Below are positions 49,605 through 60,989 of a DNA stretch of 64,000 nucleotides, piece after piece (positions within the stretch are counted from its first letter, which is position 1; the number at the start of each line of letters is the position of its first letter). Position numbers and translations under genes: made by a program. Origin of the DNA: Malacoraja senta (lineage: Eukaryota); assembly GCA_038087875.1 (NCBI GenBank), contig CM075985.1, positions 11,780,001 to 11,844,000 of the forward strand, in the 5' to 3' direction. The notes below the pieces were generated by a model. It saw nothing but the letters and a program-made list of their open reading frames with translations, had not been told where the DNA came from and ran no database searches.

Positions 49605-50852
49605 CACATTTGTCGTCGAACAGGTCTTTGTACTGGGATAGCAGCTGCTGTGTTGGCTATTCTGTCAGACAGAGTTTGTGGACAGCACATCCAAAATAGA
49701 CCAGTCCTAAGTCATGGCATGCACTGATGCCAAGCAGGGTTTCAGAGTTAGGTTGAACGATGTAAAACATCAGGTTTTATGTTTGTTCATTGACAGTGCA
49801 TTTCAAATCAGCTTTCCCTAGTGGGTGTAAAACTTCTCCACCGTAGGCATGTAGGGTGGAGGAGTCCTTTATCATCTGCTCCATGCTCCTGGTCTTGTTG
49901 AACTCTCTAAGCGACATTACGTTGACCTTGGCTGCAGTGTCCACCTTATGGTCAGTAGTTCGCAAGATTGACGTTGTGTTACTGTTGTGGGCTGGCAGGA
50001 TCAAAGTCTGCGAGTGGGGCCACGACCTCTACTAAGCGACTTGAACGAATGGCTTGCTCTAAAGTCAGTTCAGCGTTCCGAAGCAGTTCAGCTCTTAGCT
50101 TGCAGTCGCTCATTCCCCCCAAAATCTGGTCGCATACTAACTCATTAGTCAACTCACCGAAGCGGCACCGTGTAGCCATATGTCATAAGTCACTGACGAA
50201 GCATTCGACAGGTTCATCAACCTGCTGATGTCGGGCGAAAATCCTTGTTCTCTCAAGGATGTGATTCGTGGGCAGTTCACATAACACTCTAAATTTTCTG
50301 AGTAGGACGGTTGGATTGTCGATAGATTCTGCTGGCACAAGGACCTGGCCATTAGCTTCGTTGATTGCTGGGGCAAACTCAAAGTTGTCTGCACGAATCA
50401 TTGCTTCTGGACCCGCTAGATTGAGCAGTAATGATGCCTTCAGATCATCGGGGTCATTCCGGTGAACGATGCGAATGTAGTGAGCATAATCACGTTCAAA
50501 CATGCGCCATCACTCGGCTATGTCAAACACAAGGGGACTCGGTTTTCGACAGGAGTTGGCCATAACGTTGAAAAATTACAAAATAAAACTGATAAAGAAA
50601 ATAAATCGCGGAAAACGAACGTAGTGGGTTAGACCCAGTTATCTGACACCATGTAATTACCTGACTCGCACTCAGGTAAAGGTGTAAACATCTTTAATAT
50701 TCATTCCAGTATCAGATATGCAGTGCATTATACATTCAGTCTGCTGCAACTACGGAATACGGTAAGCGAGTTCTTACACTATAAAGCATGCACTAGGTGG
50801 AGTTATTATTACTAAGCATTCAGGTTGGCCAACATGCAATAGTCAATCTACA
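49605..50852 (-). mobile_element. Truncated Gypsy LTR retrotransposon (LTR 50652-50852, tRNA-Leu PBS 50642-50651, gag, protease fragment)
   Basis: TG...CA LTR, TGGTGTCAGA PBS, gag (ASLLLNLAGPEA...ERTRIFARHQQVDEPVECFVSDL) and protease KVDTAAKVNVM. Confidence 0.9.
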
Positions 50853-51491
50853 CCTATCCCCACCACAGGTTCGATCCTGTGTCTGTCTGTTCAAGCCCTC
50901 TAGGCCTCGCGCAGACAGAGACACACACTCGAGAAGTTCTCCAGAATGTCAACCCTGAACCTCGTGATCACAGCCTTTTATATGCCCTGCGAACCTGAGG
51001 GCCGAACCACACAGGGGGTTGTCTTACAATCGCCCAATAACAGATATTGATTAACGCCATCCATAACAGCTGTTTCCCTAACCCAATAATACAACAGCTC
51101 AATACATTGTATTCACAACGGACTTCGAGATGAAGTTAACTATTGAAACATGTGCCCTGATTTACAGGACTTTCAGACAAGGTTTAGCACCCCATCCAAC
51201 AAACATCCAGCAGTCAGATTCTGCAACATTATATACAACCTATTTACAAAATGTATATCTAGTTTGCAACCATCCAATCCATTCTATGCATTTGGTATCG
51301 GATTGACAAGGCTTGCAGGTTCCCTGCCCTTTCGCATATGAATCATATCTAAGCTCCAGTGTTTCTCGCATCTCTTGCAGCTTGTTCAAGCTCTGCAGAG
51401 AGCATTCCCAATTTGACCAAATCTCCCAGCAAGCCCTGAAACTTAACCCCATTTTGAAGTCCTGACTGGTCCAATTTAGCCAGGATTAACA
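50853..51491 (-). mobile_element. ERV-type solo LTR, 3' end truncated
   Basis: Minus strand starts TGTTAATCC, with CCAAT-like boxes and TATAAAAG at ~50975-50982. Confidence 0.5.
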
Positions 51492-51647
51492 GAGTGTGGG
51501 AGGAAACCGAAGTTCTTGAAGAAAACCCACATGCTCATGGGGAGAACATACAAACTCCGTACAGGCAGCACCCATAGTCGGGATCGAACACGGGTCTCTG
51601 GCGCCACAGCCACTGTAAGGCAGGAACTCTACTGCTGTGCCACCGAG
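51492..51647 (-). mobile_element. HE1-like tRNA-derived SINE, 5' part
   Basis: CGGTGGCACAGCAGTAGAG A-box, GTTCGATCCC B-box, then TGTACGGAGTTTGTATGTTCTCCCC. Confidence 0.85.
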
Positions 51648-51703
51648 CCACCCAAATAAGCCAATTTTCTATCTTCTTCTTGCGTATGGCATGCACAGCC
51701 TAA

Positions 51704-52308
51704 AGGGCCTGTCCCACGAGCGTGCGACTGCATGCGGCAAGCGCGACCAAACCGGAAGCGGGGGCCGCACGGAGGTTGAGTGTTCCCCGTACAGGGCCGG
51801 TCCCACCAGCATGCGACTGCATGCGGCGAGCACGACCAAACCGGAAGCGGGGGCCGCACGGAGGTCGAGTGATCCCCGTACAGGGCCGGTCCCACCAGCA
51901 TGCGACTGCATGCGGCGAGCACGACCAAACCGGACGCAGGGGCCGCGCGGAGGTCGAGTGAGTGACATGAAGTTCGAGCGAATTCCGCGGGACGTTCGCG
52001 CGTAACGTATGGCGTCAAGACGCTGCATATGGTGTCAAGACGCTGCGTACAGCGTCGAGACGCTGCGCACGCCCGTTGAGGCGGTGCGTACGGCGTCGTG
52101 GCGGCTGCGGGCCGGCAGGCGGTTGCCGCGCAGAAATTTTGAACAGTGTCAGTTTTTCGGAGCCCCGCGCGATGTCGGGACCAGCTCCGCACAACTCCAT
52201 ACGGCTCCGGCGATCGAAGTGGGACCGGCCACGCGAGGCCGTATGGCTCAAGCAACCATGGTAGGTCGCGCTTGCCGCATGCAGTCGCATGCTCGTGGGA
52301 CAGGCCCT
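51704..52308. mobile_element. Complete Harbinger-like MITE
   Basis: TIRs AGGGCCTGTCCCACGAGC...GCTCGTGGGACAGGCCCT, TAA duplication at 51701-51703 and 52309-52311, internal ~90 bp tandem repeats. Confidence 0.88.
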
Positions 52309-52626
52309 TAAAGTTGTAGGTCAACTTGTTCTATTTGATCTATTTGTTTGTGCACATCAGGTTAATTGCATTAGTTGAAACATGATGGACCACGTGAAGG
52401 TTGCAATCTCCCACCCCAATTTTCTATCCAATTTGCTATCTCTGCTTGGATCCCATGCAATCTAACATTCCAAAGCAGTCTACCATAAGCAGAACCTTGT
52501 CCATTGCTTTGCTGAAATCCATATATGCAATATATACAGTTCTGGCCTCATCAAACTTTATGGTCACCAGATATATCCTTTCTTATCTCTGGCCTTTGTT
52601 CAAACCATCTGCCTATCAAAACCTCC

Positions 52627-52826
52627 NNNNNNNNNNNNNNNNNNNNNNNNNNNNNNNNNNNNNNNNNNNNNNNNNNNNNNNNNNNNNNNNNNNNNNNNNN
52701 NNNNNNNNNNNNNNNNNNNNNNNNNNNNNNNNNNNNNNNNNNNNNNNNNNNNNNNNNNNNNNNNNNNNNNNNNNNNNNNNNNNNNNNNNNNNNNNNNNNN
52801 NNNNNNNNNNNNNNNNNNNNNNNNNN
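52627..52826. other. Assembly gap (200 N)
   Basis: Run of N. Confidence 1.
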
Positions 52827-53064
52827 ATAGCAAAGAACTCTCTTTTATTGTGCAATGAAGTAAACAAACAGTGAGAATCAAACGGATCAGCAAAAAGCTT
52901 TTCAACACAACACAACACAAAACAAATTTATATATAAACTTCAAGCATTTTTTTCTTTTCAACCCACTCTGTCACCTTATCAATAACTTGCTTAACTTTG
53001 TTAAGCAGAATTTGTCTTTAAAAAGTCTAAGTAACTGATATTTCTGTCCCTGATTATTGTTTCT

Positions 53065-53495
53065 AAAAAGAGTTCCCACGGTAGAATCACGAGTCACAAA
53101 GTTAAACGCACGGGCCACTACGTTCTTACAACGAGTTTAAAATGTTTCAAATTTTAACCACAAGAGTATATTTTACTCGTGGAAAGTACAAACATGTTTG
53201 AACTTTTGCAAGAGTTAACAAGTTTCACGTGTACCTCCCGTTAGCACCAAGAGTTGCCAAGTTGCGTCCACGAGTTCAGACGTTCCCGCTACGTTAATTG
53301 TACGTGATTACCACGAGTTAAATTTGTTTTAAACTCGGGGTCACTCGTGGGTCAACTCGCACAGTGAGACAGCCCTTTTAGTCATACCCGTGGGAACTCG
53401 GTTAAACTCTTGATCATACACTTGGAATCTCGTACACAACCACGAGTCTTTCGCTCGGGGTACCTCGTGGGTCAGCTCGCACAGTGTGACAGGGA
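53065..53495. mobile_element. Partial Harbinger-like MITE with duplicated end
   Basis: Two ends, CTCGCACAGTGAGACAGCCC and CTCGCACAGTGTGACAGGG, related to the same TIR family. CACGAG/CTCGTG repeats. Confidence 0.55.
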
Positions 53496-54968
53496 TTTTA
53501 CACTTACGATGAATGTACTGCCCTCCAGTGTTATCCGTGTGAGTTTGCACGTTCTCCCTGTGATCGTGCGGTTTTCCACGCTTTTTTTAGTCGAGTGGGG
53601 GCTTTTTTTACACGTACGTGTTCTGACTAGAGGGTGGGTTTTTAACTCGAGGTTTTTTTACTCTAGCTAGGAATTTTACTGGTGTTTTCTAACCCGAGTT
53701 TGTTGTCTTTAAGCTGGTTGTTGGTTGTTGAGGAGGGGTGTTTAGTTGGGGTGGTTGTTTACTGGAGCAGGTTGTTTCTAGGAGAGGTGTGCGCTAGTGC
53801 TGTAAATTTAGCGGGCGCGGGCTTCACCAACAGCGGAAAACTTTCTGCCTCGTTTTCCCGCTCAGAAATCTGTTCGATGCCTTCAGCAATGGACGCGCCT
53901 CTCTTCTGGGAGACCCCGGTTGTAAGGTCACTTCGCTCTCGACCAGGTACCGTTCCTTCGAGGGACATCCAGTAATCCGGCGAGTTCCTCCTTCCACCGA
54001 GATCGCTTTGTTGAAAGATAGACCAGGCCTCGGTTGGCGTTGAGCTGAGCCGAGCTGAGGACGTGCCTCTGCGCACCATCCAAGTCGAGAGGCCACCGAC
54101 CTTGCCCCAAAGACATCCAGCGTGTCTACAAGCCTACCTCGCCTCGACAGCCGAAGCTCGCGCAAGAGCCACCGAAAATCTGACACGTGAAAAAGTAAAG
54201 AGCAAGAATAAGCCTTTGAGCCCCCTGGCAGGAAATAGCGCACACCAGAGGCCCACTACCACGGTATGATAACACTTAGAGAAATAATCGTGCATTTGTG
54301 ATGAATTCCTGTGCGAACAGGTGATGGATCAAATAACCCTTCAGTTGCTAAAACCTACTTCTTTGCATTGGCTATGGTGGTAATTGTGATAGGATGACAA
54401 GGAGCGCCACATAAACCAAAGTGAGGTTGTTAAAGAGAGTGAGGTGGGGCGTCGAGGAGCGAGGAAGGCCGGCAGAGCCGTCCCCAACGGAGGACTCGGG
54501 AGCCGGGATGGGCCCGCAGTTGGTGGTGGAGGTCGAGAATGAAGAGGGACCCGGCATGGGGGTCTGCAGAGAATAATGAGGATCCATTGAGACTACATGG
54601 AACACTCTGTCACTTTTTCGGCACACGATATGTAGCAACTCTTTGCATACCTTTTGTATGGCATGCAAGACATAATTTCACTGTGATTTGTGATAATTTC
54701 ACATGTGATAAAACATTCATTCATCATTCAGGGCCTGCTGACATAACAGAAGTAGCTGGAGATAACGTCAATGGAGAACCAGACTGGTCTCCCTTGTGGG
54801 CTATCATTGAATTCGCCACAAGGACATTGCCAGAAGCAAGATGTTAAGTATCTGACATGCTTTGGAAGATCTCTGTAAGCAAGACAGACAAATGCTGATG
54901 ATGACCGAAATCAAGAAGCCCAATGAAGAACAGTTGTCATTTCCTCATTCAAGTTTCTGTGTCTAGGA

Positions 54969-55050
54969 CAGGGGTCTCCAAAACTATGGCCCATGGGCCA
55001 CATCCGGCCCGCCACAAGATTTTATCCGGCCCGCAGTAAGCTCTTAACGC
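54969..55050 (+). mobile_element. hAT-Charlie-like MITE end
   Basis: CAGGGGTCTCCAAA..TATGGCCCATGGGCCACATCCGGCCCGCC. Confidence 0.6.
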
Positions 55051-55084
55051 GTTCCGTTCGGCGGGCTATTTCGTGGGTTCTGTG

Positions 55085-55347
55085 GTAGCGCGGCTTTAGA
55101 GGTACAGCGCGGAAACAGCCCCTTCGGTTTAGCGAAATGATGCCCGTATGCACTGCACTAGCACCATCTTACATACACTCGGGATAAATTCAATTAACCT
55201 GCAAACGTGGAGTGTGGGAGTAAACCAGAACACCCGGAGAAAACCCACGCAGATATAAACTCCGTACAGACAGCACCCGTAGTCAGGATGGAACCCGGGT
55301 CTCTGGCGCTATGAATTAGCAACTCTACTGCTGCACCACCATGCCAC
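55085..55347 (-). mobile_element. HE1-like SINE
   Basis: Same A/B-box and body sequence as 51492-51647. Confidence 0.8.
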
Positions 55348-55560
55348 TGCTCCTGTGTTGCAAAGGCAAGTTGTGCGGGGTGGGTAGCGTGGGATGGGGT
55401 GTGGAGTGAGGGGGGAGGGGGGGAGCTAGTTGGCGCAGAATTGGCCTGGGTCCAGTGTGTCGCGGTCTCCCACCGTGAGGGTGACCTGTGAACAGCTCCT
55501 GCCCCAGGGCGCCACACTGTCCTGGACCCTTTGACCAGGTCTCCGCCGACACCTGCTGGC

Positions 55561-55688
55561 NNNNNNNNNNNNNNNNNNNNNNNNNNNNNNNNNNNNNNNN
55601 NNNNNNNNNNNNNNNNNNNNNNNNNNNNNNNNNNNNNNNNNNNNNNNNNNNNNNNNNNNNNNNNNNNNNNNNNNNNNNNNNNNNNNNN
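55561..55688. other. Assembly gap (128 N)
   Basis: Run of N. Confidence 1.
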
Positions 55689-57459
55689 NCCCTGCGAAGA
55701 TCGGCAAGATCGGTAGCCGGCTGTGTGTGAGCATTATGCCGGCCCGATGGGCGATAATTATGCGTATGTTGGTCTTTGTTAATATGCCTGAGGAGTGATC
55801 ACAGTGTGTGAGTGTGTTTTTGTTTGTGTGTGTCGGTTTGCGGATCTATGTGTCTGTTTTGGTATGTGGGAGTCCATGTATGCGTTTTTATGTGTCTGTG
55901 TGTATATCACTGTGACTGTGTGTGTGTGTGTGTGTGTCAGTATGTGTGACATTTCTTTATTTTGAAGATTTTTAATAAGTAAGCTAAAAGAATAATAGCA
56001 GTAAAAAATGAACTGTTTAGTTTGTGATATAGATAGTTATGACCTTCCTCTAACTTATCATTCATTGTAAATACATACATTGTAAAATTTGCATATCTAT
56101 TAGATATGAGTAAAATGGAAGTTGGCTGTCTATCCTTTTTATGAAAAGGACAAATTCAATTTCAGTAAATACTATATCATGGTTTCATTCTAGTCATTAT
56201 CAACGGATCAAGTGATTTTGTTTGCACCAGATATGATTGAGAACAATGACATTTGTATTTGCTGTAGATTTACATCCTAAGCAATAACAATAAATAAACA
56301 AATAAATTATTATATTGACATATATTAGAGTTGATATCCATCATAGGAATCTGATATACATATATATATCCTATCAAATATATTATATGTTGACGGGAAA
56401 ATTCTGTTCTTGAGTCTGGAAAGAACAGTTCTCGGCTGCCGAGAGTCATTTAAGGCACCAAAAAGAGTTGTAATATGCATTTCATTTTGTCTGGATGGCA
56501 TATTTCTCAATATGCCTACTAATGAAAAGCTGGAAGTAAGATGTCAAATAGTCTGACAAGCTTTGGGAGAACTCTGCTAGCAAGACAGAATCTCCAGGAA
56601 TGAAGCATCTTTTTGCCAGAGGATGGAGCCCTCACCAATTCAAAAGTGGCCAAAGGAAAGCACCAGGGATGACAAGGAGGATGAAAAGACCCAGCCAAGA
56701 GCAGATAGAGCATGAGCAGCATAACCCTGATGCAGCATGTTAGTGGGAAACCAAAGTGAGGCTGTTAAAGAGAGCGAGGTGGGCCAGCGAGGAAGGCCAG
56801 CGGAGACATCCAAGAGAGGACTCGGCTGCTGAGGATAGACCAGTGGTAGGTGCTGGAAGTCAGACGGCCGCCATGAACGAAGCGGGACCCGTCGTGTTCG
56901 CAGAGAACAATGAGGGTCCATTGAGACAACATTGCACACTGTAAATTTCTTCGCGCCCTATACGTGGCAACTCTGCATACTTTTTGTGTGGTAAGCAAAA
57001 CAAATAATTTAATTGTGACATTTCACATGTATAATAATGTAATCATTCATTCAAGGCATCCTGACAACAAAAGTAGCTGGAGATAACATCAACGGAGAAC
57101 CAGACGGATGTTGCTGTGGACCACCAAGTGCATGGCCAGAAGGAAGATGTCAGGTATCCTGACATGCTTTGGAATATCTCTAAGCAAGATAGAGAAATGG
57201 TGAGGATCACAGAAATCAAGAACCCCAGTGAAGAACAGTTGTCATTTCCTCAAAGATCTTGTGTCTAGGACACTTGCCTGTATCAATGGCCATCACAATG
57301 ACATTCATCTGTCTGGCTGCTGGAAAGAGGATGTGGAAAATGAATGCCAAGCTAATGACCCCAGAAAACATGGGAATCTAAAGATGAATGTTGCAGGAAG
57401 GAAAACTGTGTTGCCCTCTTTGCCTCATAGTGTATCATTTCCTGTTTCCTATTATGTAT

Positions 57460-57751
57460 TCTTAGAATAAAGGGGAGGCCACTTAAGACTGAGGTGAGAT
57501 AAAACGTTTTCACCCAGAGAGTTGTGAATTTGTGGAATTCCCTGCCACAGAGGGCAGTGGAGGCCAAATCACTGGATGGGTTTAAGAGAGAGTTAGATAG
57601 AGCTCTAGTGGCTAGTGGAATCAAGGGATATGGGGAGCAGGCAGGCACGGGTTATTGATTGGGGATGATCAGCCATGATCGCAATGAATGGCGGTGCTGG
57701 CTCGAAGGGCCGAATGGCCTCCTCCTGCACCTATTTTCTATGTTTCTATGT
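57460..57751 (+). mobile_element. Young CR1 3' end
   Basis: Nearly identical to 4188-4440, with a (TTTCTATG)n tail. Confidence 0.93.
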
Positions 57752-59003
57752 TAAGTAGAATAGTCTGGGTCTGCCAACAGTACTCTATATTCCCTGGAGA
57801 AGTATAAAACCTCCAGAGGTGACAGCTGACTGGTGGAGCTGTGCTCATGTGTGTTTGGCATCTTGATGGAATCCATGAGGAAGAGGAGTCCAGGGACAGA
57901 AGAAACAGAAGGGTTTGGAATCCTGGGTGAAATAAATTGCTGGAGAATTTAGCGCTTTAGACAGCATCTACAGTGGAATGTTAATTTTATATCTCTTCAC
58001 TGTTGATTTTTCTTATAAAGTTTTGTCTTTATTAACGAGTAAGATAAAAGAATAATGGTCGTCGTTGGGATCCGCAGACAACAAAGAGGGTCCATTGAGA
58101 TGACATTGAAACACTAACTTTGTCGCCGCCCTAAACATACCATGGATATAACAGACCATAAAGTAGCTGGAGATAATGTCAGTGGCGATCCAGCCCTGTA
58201 TCTCTCCTGTATAACACCATAGGATACACCACAAAGAAACGGCCAGAAGCAAGATGCCACGTGCCCTGATATACACCGACTGTACTCTGCAAGTAAGACA
58301 GAGAAACGCTGAGGATTACAGAAGTAAAAAGTGTGATGAAGAACAGCTATCATTTTCTGATAAACAATCTGCATTTTCGACACTCGTATGACCTGACAAC
58401 ACAATGGGATTCTCCTGACTGGCTGTTGTAAGGATGCACTGAGAGAATTCTGCAAGAAACGCAAAGAATCGCTGGTAATGAAGCCTCGCCTTGCCAGAAG
58501 ATGGAGCCACAATCATCTACACTGTCTAATAGAAAGCAAAAGGCTTACGACTAGGATTCCTTACAACCAGAAACATATAGCAGATGAGGAGCGGCATAAC
58601 CCTGAAACAGCCTGTTGCTGGGAATGCCAAGGTATCAACACAGACCAGAAGGAGCTGAAGATGTTGTCAAAGGAGAACCAGGCTTGTTTACCCTGTGCAA
58701 TAACACTGCACTAACCACAAGAACATAGCCAGATGGTAAATGTCATTAACCTGCCAGGCTCTGGAGAACTCTGCTAGCAAGACAAAAACGTTCTGGTAAT
58801 GAAATCCAAGAAATCACCACAGTTGGAAATAACATAAATAGAGAACCAGGCTGATCTCCCCTGTGCAATATCAATGGATTAAGCACAAAAGGTATGGTCG
58901 GAAGCAAGAAGTCATAAGGCCTGATATGCTCTGGGAGGACTCTGCTAACAAGAAAGTGAAATGCTGAGGATCACAGTAACCAAGGAAACATAATGAATAG
59001 AGC

Positions 59004-60190
59004 CAGGATTTTGCCATAAATGCCATGTGCCTTTTTTTGATGATTTCACCAGGATAATGCCTTTTTCATGATATAGTGCCAAAATCAGCCTTTTTTGCCA
59101 TTTTGCAGAAAGGGCGTGCTATTTTCTCTTGTTATACCGTGATTACAATGACGTTTTCTATGTTAAAATGTTAATAGTAATGTTATTATTAACGTGATAA
59201 CATTTATAACTTAAAACAAAACTTCCACCACCGGGGTGCCACCGTCGGTTGTTCATTCGTTCGTTCCGATGCCCGCTGGTTCAGTTTTCTCCAAGATCTA
59301 TTTAAGAAAGAACTGCAGATGCTGGAAAAATCGAAGGTAGACAAAAAATGCTGGAGAAACTCAACGGGTAAGGCAGCATATATGGAGAGAAGGAATAGGC
59401 GACATTTCGGGTCGAGATCCTTCTTCAGACTGATGTGGGGGGGCGGGAAAAAGAAAGGAAGAGGCAGAGACAGTAGGACTAGAAGAAGAGCTGGGAAGGG
59501 GAGGAGGGAGAAGACAAGGGCTATCTAAAATTAAAGGTCAATGTTGATACCGCCGGGGTGTAGACTACCCAAGCGAAATACCCAAGCTTGTCTCCTCAAT
59601 ACATTTACTGCTGGCTCCAATCGCAAATCTGAGTTTTCGAGTGATTTGTGCAAGGCATTCATTGATGCTGGAATTCCACTGTGGAAATTTGAAAACAAAT
59701 CTCTCAGGGTTTTTAGAGAAATACACAGAGGAACATATACCAAGCGAATCATCATTATGGAAACATTATGTTGACAACAACTTCAACATTGTTGTGCAGA
59801 AAATTAGAGATGAAGTTGCATGTAACAAAATATGGATCTCAATAGGCGAGGCAACTGATGCTGTGGGGAGATATGTTGCCAATGTGGTCATTGGTACACT
59901 GGAGGCCACCGCAGGTCAACCATCAAAGGAGTATTTGTTGACATTGGATGTATTGGGGAAGTCAAACAGCTCAACTATTGCTCTGTTGTTTACATCTTCA
60001 CTTGCTGTACTTTGGCCAGAAGGTATAAAACACAAGAATGTGCTTATGTTTGTGACTTAAAGTTTTATTCCCCAAAATGTTGCATTTGACATGCTTAGCT
60101 CAAGGACTTCATAGCACAAACATAGCTTGTTTCCAAATGTCGATCACCTAGTTTCCAATGTCAAGAAAATCTTCCTGAAAGTACCTTCAC
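59004..60190 (+). mobile_element. hAT-superfamily transposon remnant (DUF659/CGGBP-like transposase fragment), interrupted by a Penelope-type piece at ~59303-59580
   Basis: EFSSDLCKAFIDAGIPLWKFEN..FLEKYT..IPSESSL..KIWISIGEATDAVGRYVANVVIG, and a CAGGATTT start. Confidence 0.75.
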
Positions 60191-60194
60191 ATGC

Positions 60195-60980
60195 AATACA
60201 ATACAATACAATATTTATTCAATGTCATTTGAACCTCAGTGAGGCTCAAAGGAAACTCTGTTTCTATAGCCATACAAACAAAACTATTCATACAAGACAC
60301 ACAAACAATTAAATTCACACAAACATCCATCACAGTGACTCTCCTCATCACTGTGATGGAAGGCAAAGTCTTTACTCTCCCGTGCACCATTTTTCTCCCG
60401 ATGTTGAAGCCCCAGGCGGGCAATGGTAAGTCCCACGGCCATTAAGGCCGTGCCGGGTGATGTACGGCCCTGCTCCAGGCCTAAATGTCTCAAAGTTGGA
60501 GCCCCCGGCGGGCGTTGGAATGTCCCGCGACCATTAAAGCCACGCCGGGTGATGTACGGCCCCGCTCCGGGTCGTTCCAACCCCGCGACACGGGCGGGAG
60601 AAGTTGCGTTGCGGAGCTCCGAAAAGCGGTCTCCCACCAGGCACCCGCGAGCTCCCAATGTCCCGTCCACCTGGAGCCTCCGGAGTCGGGCCGCAGCAGC
60701 GAGCCACCATCGCTCCCCACGCTCCAGGGCCGGCCAGCCCCACGATGGTAAGTCCGCAGGCTCCGCGACTGGAGCCCCCAGGTCGTTCCGGTTGGAGGCC
60801 GCTCCACGGTGCTAGGCCCCAACGACAACGGAGACCCGACAGGGAAAAGGTCGGGTCTCCCGTGCAGGGAAGAGATTTTAAAAGTCCCCCCCGCCCCCCA
60901 CATATACACAGTTAAAAACAGTATAAAAAAACACAACTACAGGCTGCAGGGACCGCTGCGACGTGAGTCGCGCCGCCAAC
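60195..60980 (-). mobile_element. GC-rich non-autonomous non-LTR element with (TATTG)n tail
   Basis: (CAATA)n on the plus strand at the left end. The GC-rich body resembles 12193-13169. Confidence 0.6.
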
Positions 60981-60989
60981 CGGAAACAT

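Larger units (their letters stand above)
54390..59000 (+). repeat. Degenerate local tandem array of unknown origin, interrupted by TEs
   Basis: Recurring blocks: GAGG(G/A)TCCATTGAGA at 54577, 56912 and 58086; AAGTAGCTGGAGATAA at ~54749, 57071 and 58161; GAAGAACAG(T/C)T at ~54925, 57230 and 58338; ACTCTGCTA(G/A)CAAGA at ~56571, 58768 and 58939. Confidence 0.85.

Noticed and set aside
53355-53495. CACAGTG heptamers as V(D)J recombination signals
   Set aside because: They are part of Harbinger-like TIRs. There is no nonamer at 12/23 spacing and no V or J segment.
52401-55734. ORFs containing long X runs
   Set aside because: They are artefacts of the N gaps.
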